NCBI GenBank assembly: GCA_038245905.1
Contig: JBBRRY010000015.1
Location: 14,611 to 78,610, forward strand
DNA length: 64,000 bases
Source of the DNA: Thermoanaerobaculia bacterium
GTDB lineage: Bacteria; Acidobacteriota; Thermoanaerobaculia; UBA5066
Reading direction: 5' to 3'
Shown here: positions 54,840-63,440 of the stretch, one piece after another
Numbering within the stretch: position 1 is the stretch's first letter
Layout of the letters: the number at the start of each line of letters is the position of its first letter
Notes under the pieces: model-generated
Told to the model about the DNA's origin: nothing
Seen by the model: only the letters and a program-made list of their open reading frames with translations
The model's database searches: none
Position numbers and translations under genes: made by a program

Positions 54840-56189
54840 ATGAGCGTACATCCCGATAAGCCCGCTCCGAAGCCAGACGGCGCGCCCGGCGTCCACGCGA
54901 AGCCGCTCTGGAGCATCCGGCCCGCCTCGGACCGCGAGGCCGGCGACGCCGTCGTCTCCAACTTCCTCCTGCACTGGTTCCCGGCGAAGACGTACAAGCC
55001 GTCCCTCGACTGGAACTACTCGTTCTGGCTCGGCACCGCCTCCGCGGCGCTGCTGCTGCTCGTGACCGTATCGGGGCTGCCGCTCCTCTTCCTGTACGTC
55101 CCGTCCGTCGAGCGCGCGTACGGGTCCGTGAAGGACATCGAGTACGTCACGACGTTCGGTTTCTGGATACGCGCCGTCCACCGCCTCTCCGCGCACCTCA
55201 TGGTGGCCGTCGTCTTCCTCCACATGGTCCGCGTCTTCCTCACCGGCGCATACAAGAACGGGCGTGGGCAGGGGCAGAAAAGGGAGCAGAACTGGGTGCT
55301 CGGCATCGGCCTCCTCCTCCTGACGCTTCTGCTCTCGTTCACGGGCTATCTCCTGCCGTGGGATCAGCTCGCGTACTGGGCGATCACCGTCGGCACGAAC
55401 ATCGCGTCCTCGATCCCGTTCGTCGGGCCAGCGATCCGCGAGCTGCTCCTCGGCGGGCGCGCGATCGACCAGGCCACGCTCATTCGCTTCTACGTTCTCC
55501 ACGTCATCGCGCTGCCGGCGGCGATCGGCGTGATCTTCCTGTACCACATGTGGCGCGTGCGCAAGGACGGCGGACTCGCGCGCGCGGACCAGCTCACGCT
55601 TCTCCCCGAGAAGGCCGCCGAGGCTCCCTCGAAGACGAAGACCTACACGCTCCTCGGCGTCGCGCGCGGGACGTCACCGGCCGTGAAGGCATCGACGCTC
55701 GAGCGTCCGGACACGACCGTCAACTCGGTTCCGGACCTGACGCGGCGGATCCTGATCGTCGTCCTCGCCATCTTTGCGATCGTGAGCATCGCGTCGGTCT
55801 TCTACCACGCGCCGCTCGAGGAGCCCGCGAACGCGCTCGTGACGCCGAACCCCGCGAAGGCACCGTGGTACTTTCTCTGGCTCCAGGAGATCGTGACCGA
55901 CACGACGGTGAAGATCGGCTCGTTCACGATCAACGGCGCCTTCCTCGGCGGCGTTCTGCTGCCGGGGGCGCTCGTCCTGCTCCTCACCGTCTGGCCGTGG
56001 CTCGACAAGAGCGCGCCCGGCTCGGCGGGCCTCTGGTTCCCGAAGGACCGGCGCACGCAGAACGCGGTCTTCCTCGCGTTCGTCGCGGGCGTCCTCGTCC
56101 TCACGTTCATCGGCACGTTCTGCCGCGGGCCGTACTGGCACCTTTACTGGCCGTGGCAGGCGTGGCCCGAGCTGCCGACGAGGATCTGA
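54840..56189 (+). CDS. Cytochrome b (fused b6 + subunit IV type)
   Basis: Bis-His helices RAVHRLSAHLMVAVVFLHMVRVF and FYVLHVIALPAAIGVIFLYHMWRV. PWDQLAYWA (PEWY-region equivalent). 449 aa with extra C-terminal helices. Confidence 0.9.
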   Translation: MSVHPDKPAPKPDGAPGVHAKPLWSIRPASDREAGDAVVSNFLLHWFPAKTYKPSLDWNYSFWLGTASAALLLLVTVSGLPLLFLYVPSVERAYGSVKDIEYVTTFGFWIRAVHRLSAHLMVAVVFLHMVRVFLTGAYKNGRGQGQKREQNWVLGIGLLLLTLLLSFTGYLLPWDQLAYWAITVGTNIASSIPFVGPAIRELLLGGRAIDQATLIRFYVLHVIALPAAIGVIFLYHMWRVRKDGGLARADQLTLLPEKAAEAPSKTKTYTLLGVARGTSPAVKASTLERPDTTVNSVPDLTRRILIVVLAIFAIVSIASVFYHAPLEEPANALVTPNPAKAPWYFLWLQEIVTDTTVKIGSFTINGAFLGGVLLPGALVLLLTVWPWLDKSAPGSAGLWFPKDRRTQNAVFLAFVAGVLVLTFIGTFCRGPYWHLYWPWQAWPELPTRI

Positions 56190-56190
56190 C

Positions 56191-57435
56191 ATGGAAAAAC
56201 GCACGGACTCTCCGTATCCGCGTCTCGACCGCCCGATCCTGGCCGTCGTCGGCGTCCTCCTTGTCATCTCGTGCGCGCTCTTCGCGTGGAGCGACCGCAA
56301 CCACGACTGGCGCTACTACCAGGCCACGTTCCGGGCCCAGGTCGCGGAGAAGCTTGGAGCCGAGAAAGCGAAGGAGCTGCACCCGGGTCTCCAGCAGGTG
56401 TGGGTCGCCGATCTCAAGCGCGCCGACCGCTGCATGACGTGCCATCAGGCGGCCCTCTGGAAGGGTTTCGAGACCGCAGAAGAGCCGCTCCGGACGCATC
56501 CGGCGGGACCGTTTCGGAACCACCCCGTCGAGAAATTCGGCTGCACGTCCTGCCACGGCGGACAGGGCTATGCCGTGGACGCGACGGAGGCCCATGGACT
56601 GATCGAGCACTGGGAGGAGCCGCTGCTCGGCAGGACCCTCGGCGAGGCCTACTCGCTCGTGGACGACAAGAACGCGGCCATGCAGATGAACTGCAACGTC
56701 TGCCACCGGTACGACCGCGAGACGAAGGGCGCCGACGCGATCAACCTCGGCAAGAAGCTCGTGGTTGAGAAGGGCTGCCGCGCGTGTCACGTCGTGAACG
56801 GGCGTGGCGGCTCGATCGGACCGGACCTGACGAACGTGGGCGAGAAGGCGGCCGAGCAGTACGAATACGGCCGTCTCTCGGGGCAGAAGACATCGTTCGC
56901 GTGGCACGTCGCGCACTTCAAGGACCCTCGTGCACTCGCGCCCGAGACCGTCATGCCGAACTTCCACTTTTCGACGAAAGAGGCGCAGGCCCTCTCGATG
57001 CTCGTTCTCTCGTGGCGGAGGGCGCCGGTTCCGGCCGACTACCGCCCGGGAACGCCTCGCACGGACCCGCAGACGGCGGCCGAGGTCGAAGCCGAGGCGA
57101 AGATGAAGACCGGCCCGGGCGCGTGGTTCGTCAAGACGGGCTGCTTCGTCTGCCACTCGATTCAGGCGCTGGGCGTGAAGAGCCCCGCGCAGATCGGGCC
57201 GGACCTCTCGACGGCGGTCGAGGACGTGCAGTCGCGCTTCGGCCGGACTCTCGACGACTTCCTGAGGGAGCCCACGGGCACGATGTCGGTCGTCCTCTCG
57301 CGCCAGATCATCCTGACTCCCGAAGAAAAGGCCATCGCCGTCGGAAAGCTCCGCGAGGCGTTCGCGGAGTACCAGAAACAGAAAGCGGAGGACGCGAAGG
57401 GAAAGAAACCCGCGGCCTCCATCGCCGCCCACTGA
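56191..57435 (+). CDS. Membrane-anchored pentahaem c-type cytochrome
   Basis: N-terminal TM helix ILAVVGVLLVISCALFAW. Five CxxCH motifs: CMTCH, CTSCH, CNVCH, CRACH, CFVCH. Starts 1 nt after the cytochrome b stop. Confidence 0.85.
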   Translation: MEKRTDSPYPRLDRPILAVVGVLLVISCALFAWSDRNHDWRYYQATFRAQVAEKLGAEKAKELHPGLQQVWVADLKRADRCMTCHQAALWKGFETAEEPLRTHPAGPFRNHPVEKFGCTSCHGGQGYAVDATEAHGLIEHWEEPLLGRTLGEAYSLVDDKNAAMQMNCNVCHRYDRETKGADAINLGKKLVVEKGCRACHVVNGRGGSIGPDLTNVGEKAAEQYEYGRLSGQKTSFAWHVAHFKDPRALAPETVMPNFHFSTKEAQALSMLVLSWRRAPVPADYRPGTPRTDPQTAAEVEAEAKMKTGPGAWFVKTGCFVCHSIQALGVKSPAQIGPDLSTAVEDVQSRFGRTLDDFLREPTGTMSVVLSRQIILTPEEKAIAVGKLREAFAEYQKQKAEDAKGKKPAASIAAH

Positions 57436-57466
57436 GGATCACGCCTCGAGCCGAAGGAGAAGAGAA

Positions 57467-59338
57467 ATGAGACAAGCCTCCGGGAAATGGAAAGCCACCG
57501 CCGCGATCGCGTCGATCTTTGCGGCCGCCCTCGTGGCCTGGCAGTGTGCGCCCTCGGCGCCGAAGGGCGCGAAGAAGGGTCCCGCGAACGCCTCGGACCA
57601 GTCCGTCGCGGCGATGAAAACCTACGTGGCCCCGGGCGATCTAGACGAGTTCTACATGTTCGCGTCCGGTGGGCACTCGGGGCAGGTCTACGTCTACGGA
57701 ATCCCGTCGATGCGGCACCTCTCGACGATCCCCGTCTACACGCCGTATCCCGCCACCGGCTACGGTTTCGACGACGAGTCGAAGGCGATGCTCGGGAACC
57801 TGACATGGGGCGATGCTCACCACCCGGCGTTGTCGGAGACGAACGGCGACTACGACGGCCGCTGGCTCTTCATCAACGACATGAACGGCCGCATCGCGCG
57901 AATCGATCTCAGGGACTTCAAGACGAAGCAGATTTTCGGGCCGGTCCCGAACGTGTCGGGCAACCACTCCGGATCGTACGTCACGCCGAACACCGAGTAC
58001 GCGATGATGGGGTCGCGGTTCTCGATCCCGATCCCGAAGGGCAAGGTCCTTCCCCTCGATAAATACGCGACGGAATGGAAGGGCGTGCTCGCCGCCATCA
58101 AGATCGACCCGAAGACGGGCACGATGTCGCTCGCCTGGCAGATCCTGATGCCTCCCTTCGACTACGACCTCGGCGACGCCGGTAAGAAAGTCTCTGACGG
58201 CTGGATGTTCTGGACCTGCTACAACGCCGAGCGTGCAACAGGCAAGCTCGAGGTCACGGCCTCGCAGCGCGACCGCGATTACATCGCGGCCGTGGACTGG
58301 CGGGCGGCCCAGAAAGCGATCGACGAGGGGAAAGGAGACCTGATCGGCGGCGTGAAGGTCCTCGACCCGAAGAAGGTGCCGGGGATCGTGTGGCTCATGC
58401 CGTGCGGCAAGTCGCCTCACGGCGTGGACGTCTCGCCCGACGGCAAGTACATCGTCGGCTCGGGCAAGCTCCAGGGTGTCACGACCGTCTTCAACTTCGA
58501 GAAGATCCAGACGGCGATCCGCAACAAGGACCTTACCGGCGACGAGGACGGGATCCCCGTCCTGAAGTACGAGTCGATCAAGGACGCCGAGGTCGCGGTG
58601 GGCCTCGGCCCCCTCCACACGCAGTTCGGGCCGGACGGCTACGCGTACACGTCGCTCTTCGTCGACAGCGCGATCGCGAAGTGGAAGCTCGGCACCTGGG
58701 AGGTCGTGGACAAGATCCCGATGTCCTACTCGATCGGCCACCTCGCGGCCGCCGAGGGCGACACCTGCACGCCGAAGGGCAAGTACCTCGTCGGTCTGAA
58801 CAAGCTGTCGCACGGCCGGCATCTGTCGGTGGGGCCCGGGCAGCCGGAGTCGTCGCAGCTCGTCGATATTTCCGAGGAGAAGATGAAGCTTCTCTACGAC
58901 GCGTTCACGGAGCCCGAGCCGCACTACGCCCAGATCGTCCTTGCGAAGACACTCCATCCGATCGAGGTCTATCCCAAGGAAGAGAACAAGAACCCGCTCG
59001 CGATCTGGGATCTCAAGGACGCCGGCGTCACGCGCGCGGGAACGAACGTCACGGTGAAGGTCGTCCTCGTGCGCTCCACGATCACGCCGCAGGCCATCGA
59101 GGTGAACCAGGGAGACACTGTGAAAATCGCACTGACGAACATCGAGCAAACGACGGACGAGCTGCACGGCTTCGGCCTGCTCGACTACAACATCAACATC
59201 GTGTGCGATCCGGGTGAGACCAAGGTCGTCACGTTCAAGGCCGACAAGCCGGGTGTCTTCCCGTACTACTGCACGAACTTCTGCTCCGCGCTCCACCAGG
59301 AGATGCAGGGCTACCTCATCGTGAAGGGAAAAAGCTGA
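57467..59338 (+). CDS. nosZ: Nitrous-oxide reductase NosZ, Sec-type (clade II)
   Basis: GDAHHPALSETNGDYDGRWLFINDMNGRIARIDL (CuZ His region). CuA site ELHGFGL...YCTNFCSALHQEMQGYLIV (CX3CX3HX2M). The N-terminus MRQASGKWKATAAIASIFAAALVAWQ lacks a twin-arginine motif. Strong RBS GAAGGAGAAG. Confidence 0.95.
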   Translation: MRQASGKWKATAAIASIFAAALVAWQCAPSAPKGAKKGPANASDQSVAAMKTYVAPGDLDEFYMFASGGHSGQVYVYGIPSMRHLSTIPVYTPYPATGYGFDDESKAMLGNLTWGDAHHPALSETNGDYDGRWLFINDMNGRIARIDLRDFKTKQIFGPVPNVSGNHSGSYVTPNTEYAMMGSRFSIPIPKGKVLPLDKYATEWKGVLAAIKIDPKTGTMSLAWQILMPPFDYDLGDAGKKVSDGWMFWTCYNAERATGKLEVTASQRDRDYIAAVDWRAAQKAIDEGKGDLIGGVKVLDPKKVPGIVWLMPCGKSPHGVDVSPDGKYIVGSGKLQGVTTVFNFEKIQTAIRNKDLTGDEDGIPVLKYESIKDAEVAVGLGPLHTQFGPDGYAYTSLFVDSAIAKWKLGTWEVVDKIPMSYSIGHLAAAEGDTCTPKGKYLVGLNKLSHGRHLSVGPGQPESSQLVDISEEKMKLLYDAFTEPEPHYAQIVLAKTLHPIEVYPKEENKNPLAIWDLKDAGVTRAGTNVTVKVVLVRSTITPQAIEVNQGDTVKIALTNIEQTTDELHGFGLLDYNINIVCDPGETKVVTFKADKPGVFPYYCTNFCSALHQEMQGYLIVKGKS

Positions 59339-59357
59339 AGAAGGGATCCTTACCAAG

Positions 59358-60005
59358 ATGAAGAACATCCTCGCGAAGAGCAATCGGTTTCTGGAGCTAC
59401 CTCTCGATCTCGGGCCTCGCGGCCTCCTCTTGGTGGCCGTCCTCCTCCTCGTCCCGTCGTACTTGTTCCCGCTCTGGACCCTCACGATGTTCGCGCCCCA
59501 GTACGGCGACGGCCTGCGGATGCAGATCTACAGCTGGAGGCTGGACGGCGGGAACGGCGGCCAGGACATCAAGGAGATCAACGTACTCAACCACTACATT
59601 GGCATGCGCGACCTCACGACGGCGGACTTCACGGAATTCAAGTGGATTCCGTTCGTCGTGGGCATCCTGGCTCTCCTCATGCTGCGGACGGCCGTCCTCG
59701 GGAAGATGTCGCACCTCCTGGACAACGTCGTGCTCTATCTCTACTTCGGCGCGTTCTCGCTCTGGTCGTTCGCGTTCAAGCTCTGGAGCTACGGGCACAA
59801 CCTCGCCTCGACGGCGGCCGTGAAGGTCGACCCGTTCATGCCCCCGATGTTCGGCTACAAGAAGCTCGCGAATTTCGAGGTCTATTCGTATCCGGGTGTC
59901 GGGTCGTATGCCCTCGGCCTCGTCGCGGTCGTCCTCGTCCTCGCGATGGCGCTCGCCGTGCGCGGGGGCAGACGCTTGTCCGCAAGCGCCGCCGGCTCCT
60001 CATGA
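59358..60005 (+). CDS. nosB: NosB-like integral membrane protein (clade II nos accessory)
   Basis: Four TM segments and a periplasmic loop ..MFAPQYGDGLRMQIYSWRL..INVLNHYIGM. The position directly after nosZ and the ATGA overlap with nosD match clade II clusters. Confidence 0.65.
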   Translation: MKNILAKSNRFLELPLDLGPRGLLLVAVLLLVPSYLFPLWTLTMFAPQYGDGLRMQIYSWRLDGGNGGQDIKEINVLNHYIGMRDLTTADFTEFKWIPFVVGILALLMLRTAVLGKMSHLLDNVVLYLYFGAFSLWSFAFKLWSYGHNLASTAAVKVDPFMPPMFGYKKLANFEVYSYPGVGSYALGLVAVVLVLAMALAVRGGRRLSASAAGSS

Positions 60006-61360
60006 TCGCCTTGCCCTTCGTCCTTCTCCTGCAAGTCACCGGCAACATGGAGCCGGTGACGCCGGGGGGACTCGAGGGGCGCCCGCCCACGGCGGAGGCG
60101 TCCGCGCTGCAGGCGCGCGTGGACCGCGCGTCGCCGGGAGAGACTGTCGTCGTCGAGCCGGGCACGTACGCGGGGGATCTCGTGCTGGACCGTCCCGTCC
60201 GTCTCGTGGGCCGGGGGCGGCCTCTCCTCATGGGTTCCGGAAAAGGGAGCGTCGTGCGCGTGCGAGCGGACGGCGTCGTTCTCGAAGGATTCGACATCGA
60301 CGGCCGGAGGGGCGGCGATCTCGGGAGAGATTCCTCGGGTGTCCACGTCGCCGCCCGAAACGTCGTCGTCCGCGACTGCCGGATCTCGGAGGCCCTGTTT
60401 GGAATCTACCTCCGGCAGGCAGACGGCGTCGTCGTGGAGCGCTGCCGCATCCGCGGCATCCACGGCAAGGATCCGGGAGAGAAGGGCTCGGGCCTGCACG
60501 TCTGGGACACGAAGGGCTTCATGTTCAGGGACAACGTCATCGAGGACGTGCGCGACGGCTTCTACATCCAGTCCTCCTCGGGCGGGACGATCGCGGGCAA
60601 CGTGGCGCGGGACCTCCGTTACGGCCTCCACTACATGTTCTCGGACGACAACACGTTCGAAGACAACACCTTCGAGAATGGCGCGGCCGGCGCGGCGCTC
60701 ATGTACAGCAAGCGCATCGTCTTCCGGCGCAACCGCTTCGTGAGGAACCGCGGATTCGCGTCGGTGGGGCTGCTCTTCAAGGCCTGCGACGACGTCCTCG
60801 CCGAGGACAACCTCATCGCGGACAACGCGCGCGGGATCTTCCTCGAGGGCTCGTACCGGAATATCTTCCGGGGAAACGTCGTAGCTCTCTCGGACGCCGC
60901 GATCGTCCTCTACGACTCGTGCGGCCAGAACCGTTTCGAGGGCAACTCGTTCGTCGGAAACCTGACGCCTCTCGCGCTCGTCGGGCAGCGAACGGACACC
61001 GTCTTCGACGGGAACTACTGGTCGGACAACCGCGAGCCGGATCTCGACGGCGACGGTCGCTCGGACCGGCCGTTCCCGCTCTCGAGCGTCTTCGACCACC
61101 TGCGAGGAAACCTCACGGCCGCGGACCTCTTTTCGCGGAGCGTGGCGGCCCGCGCGCTCGGGGCCGCGGAGCGTGGCTTTCCCGTGCTCCGGGAGGTCGA
61201 AGTCTTCGACCACACGCCGCTCGCGCACCCGCCGGCGCTCCCACGCGTTCCGCGGCCCGAAAGGCCGCCCGCGGGACGCGGGGCGCTCGCGCTCGCCGTG
61301 TCCGGCCTCTCGCTCCTCGGCGGCGCCGGTGTGCTTCTCACGGGGCGGAGGCAGGCGTGA
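60002..61360 (+). CDS. nosD: NosD, periplasmic parallel beta-helix copper-insertion accessory protein
   Basis: Internal ATG at 60002 (MIALPFVLLLQ..). ..PGTYAGDLVLDRPVRLVG.., then repeated beta-helix turns (GIYLRQADGVVVERCRI.., GLHVWDTKG.., GFYIQSSSG.., YGLHYMFSDDNTFEDN.., GIFLEGS..). C-terminal TM segment. Confidence 0.9.
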   Translation: MIALPFVLLLQVTGNMEPVTPGGLEGRPPTAEASALQARVDRASPGETVVVEPGTYAGDLVLDRPVRLVGRGRPLLMGSGKGSVVRVRADGVVLEGFDIDGRRGGDLGRDSSGVHVAARNVVVRDCRISEALFGIYLRQADGVVVERCRIRGIHGKDPGEKGSGLHVWDTKGFMFRDNVIEDVRDGFYIQSSSGGTIAGNVARDLRYGLHYMFSDDNTFEDNTFENGAAGAALMYSKRIVFRRNRFVRNRGFASVGLLFKACDDVLAEDNLIADNARGIFLEGSYRNIFRGNVVALSDAAIVLYDSCGQNRFEGNSFVGNLTPLALVGQRTDTVFDGNYWSDNREPDLDGDGRSDRPFPLSSVFDHLRGNLTAADLFSRSVAARALGAAERGFPVLREVEVFDHTPLAHPPALPRVPRPERPPAGRGALALAVSGLSLLGGAGVLLTGRRQA

Positions 61361-62097
61361 TCCGCTTCGAGTCCTTCTCGAAGAGCTTCGGCGCCCAGCG
61401 CGCCGTCTCGGACCTGACTCTCGCGATCGCGCCCGGAGAGATCGTCGCGCTCCTGGGGCCGAACGGCTCGGGAAAGACGACCTCGCTGAAGGCCGCCGCG
61501 GGCCTGATCCATCCGACGAAGGGCGGCGTCACCGTTGGCGAGGCCCGGCGGCCCGCGACCGAGCCCGCGGCGCGCCTCTCGCTCTCCTTCCTTCCGCAGA
61601 AGGTGTCCTTTCCCGACTCCCTGACGGGGCGCGAGGTCCTCGACTTCTACCGCGCGCTCCGGGGCGTGCCGCCGGGGCGCGTCGACGCCGTCCTCAGGAT
61701 GTCGTCCTTGAACGGAGCTTCGGCCCGCGCGGTGGGAACGTACTCGGGTGGCATGGCGCAGCGGCTCGGGCTCGCCGTCGCCGCGCTGCCCGACACGCCG
61801 ATTCTTCTCCTCGACGAGCCGACGGCCGCGCTCGACCCTGACGGGCTCCGCGCGTTCTACACGCTCGCGGAGGAGCGCCGTCGCGACGGCAAGACCGTCC
61901 TCTTCACGACGCATCAGCTCGGGGACGTCGAGCGCCTCGCGGACCGTGTCGCAATCCTCGTGGGCGGGAGGCTCGTCGCGCTCCTGACGCGGCGCGCGCT
62001 CGAGGACTGGCTCCTCGCGCACGGAGTTCCGCTCGTGCGCGCCGAGACGAGTCCGCTCGAGGACCTGTATCGGGAGCTCGTCGGGGAGGAAACGTGA
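61357..62097 (+). CDS. nosF: NosF, ABC transporter ATP-binding protein
   Basis: GTG start in a GTGA overlap with nosD. GPNGSGKTT (Walker A), YSGGMAQRLGLA (signature) and ILLLDEPT (Walker B). Confidence 0.9.
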   Translation: MIRFESFSKSFGAQRAVSDLTLAIAPGEIVALLGPNGSGKTTSLKAAAGLIHPTKGGVTVGEARRPATEPAARLSLSFLPQKVSFPDSLTGREVLDFYRALRGVPPGRVDAVLRMSSLNGASARAVGTYSGGMAQRLGLAVAALPDTPILLLDEPTAALDPDGLRAFYTLAEERRRDGKTVLFTTHQLGDVERLADRVAILVGGRLVALLTRRALEDWLLAHGVPLVRAETSPLEDLYRELVGEET

Positions 62098-62552
62098 ACG
62101 CCCGCGCGCTCCCCGTCGCACTCCTCCTCGCCGCCCTGGCGGGCTGCTCGCGCGGCCCTGCGGCGCCCATCGCGGTCGACACGAAGAACGACCGCTGCGC
62201 CTGGTGCCGTATGGCCGTGTCGGACGCGCGCTTCGCCGCGCAGCTCGTGTCGCCGTCGGAGGAGCCCCGCGCGTTCGACGACATCGGATGCCTTGCGACG
62301 TTCCTGAAATCGGGCGGCGCTCCCGCGAAGGGACAGGTCGCCTACGTGGCCGACCACCGCACGAAGGCGTGGGTGCGCGCGGCGGGCGCGGTCTACACGA
62401 AGAAACCCGGCCTCGCGACGCCGATGGGCTCCGGCCTCGTCGCCCACGCGGAGGCCGCGTCCCGCGACGCGGACGCCGAGGCTGTGGGCGGGAGCCCGGT
62501 TTCCCGAGAGGACGTGTTCGGTCCTAACGGCGCCCCGGACGGCGGCCGATGA
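62094..62552 (+). CDS. nosL: NosL copper-chaperone lipoprotein
   Basis: GTGA overlap with nosF. Lipobox LAALAGCS. CAWCRMAV..., FDDIGC.. and ..TPMGSGLVA are NosL-family motifs. Confidence 0.85.
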   Translation: MNARALPVALLLAALAGCSRGPAAPIAVDTKNDRCAWCRMAVSDARFAAQLVSPSEEPRAFDDIGCLATFLKSGGAPAKGQVAYVADHRTKAWVRAAGAVYTKKPGLATPMGSGLVAHAEAASRDADAEAVGGSPVSREDVFGPNGAPDGGR

Positions 62553-62559
62553 GCGCGAC

Positions 62560-63399
62560 ATGAGCGCTTCTCCCGGCCCCTTCCTCCTCTGCGCGCGGCA
62601 GGAGCTGCTTCTCGCGGTCCGCTCCCGCTGGACCCAGATTTTCGCGGCGGTCTTCGCGGTGCTCGCTCTCGCCGTCGCGTCTTCGGGCTACGTGCTCTCG
62701 GGCGGCCACGGCGTGCAGGACTTCGCGCGCACGGCGGCGTCGCTCGTCGAGCTGGTGCTCCTCCTCGTGCCCCTCACTGCGCTCCTGATCGGGGTCCTCG
62801 CGCTCGCCCCCGAGCGCGGAGCGGCGGAGCTGCTCTTCTCGCAGCCGGTCGCGCGGCGCGCGATCCTCTTCGGCAAGGTCACGGGCCTGTTCGGCGCGCT
62901 CGCCGCGGCGCAGGCCGTCGGGTTCGGCGCGGCCGGCCTCGTCATCTTCTCGCGGGCGGGCGGCTCAGGGCTCGGCGGCTTCGCGCTTCTGATCCTCGGA
63001 TCGTTCGTTCTGACGGCGGTCTTCCTTGTCCTGGCGGCGCTCGTCTCGTCAGGAACCGTGGGTCGCCGTACGCGGGCGCTTGCGATCGCGCTCGTCGTGT
63101 GGTTCGGCGCCGTCGTGCTGTTCGACGTGGCCGCGCTCGGATTCGCCTCGCTCCTCCCGTCCGGTCCCGCATCGCGCGTCCTCATCGTGTCGGTGCTCGT
63201 GAATCCCGCGGATGCGGTCCGGACCGGCGCGCTTCTGGGGATCGAGGGAAGCGGCGCCTTCGGTGCGGCATCCCTCGCGCTTCTGCGCTTCACGCACGGT
63301 CCCGTCGGCGCCGCAATCCTCCTCGCCGCTTCTCTCCTCGTCTGGATGGTCGTGCCGGCTCTGCTCGCCGCGCGCCGGCTGGACAGGGCGGATCTCTGA
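62560..63399 (+). CDS. nosY: NosY, ABC-2 type permease
   Basis: Six TM segments. ARQELLLAVRSRW.. N-terminus, ..NPADAVR.. motif, and cluster context. Confidence 0.85.
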   Translation: MSASPGPFLLCARQELLLAVRSRWTQIFAAVFAVLALAVASSGYVLSGGHGVQDFARTAASLVELVLLLVPLTALLIGVLALAPERGAAELLFSQPVARRAILFGKVTGLFGALAAAQAVGFGAAGLVIFSRAGGSGLGGFALLILGSFVLTAVFLVLAALVSSGTVGRRTRALAIALVVWFGAVVLFDVAALGFASLLPSGPASRVLIVSVLVNPADAVRTGALLGIEGSGAFGAASLALLRFTHGPVGAAILLAASLLVWMVVPALLAARRLDRADL

Positions 63400-63440
63400 G
63401 ACTTCCGGAACTTCCAGTGAGCGAACCAAAGGGGAACACC

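Noticed and set aside
57641-59485. 614-aa minus-strand ORF antisense to nosZ
   Set aside because: nosZ on the plus strand has complete CuZ and CuA motifs, whereas the antisense translation is low-complexity.
59642-62097. Long N-terminal extensions or alternative frames of the track ORFs 59642..61360 and 59896..62097
   Set aside because: Only the portions starting at 60002 (nosD) and 61357 (nosF) are protein-like and fit the ATGA/GTGA coupling. The upstream parts overlap nosB and nosD in other frames and are Arg-rich.
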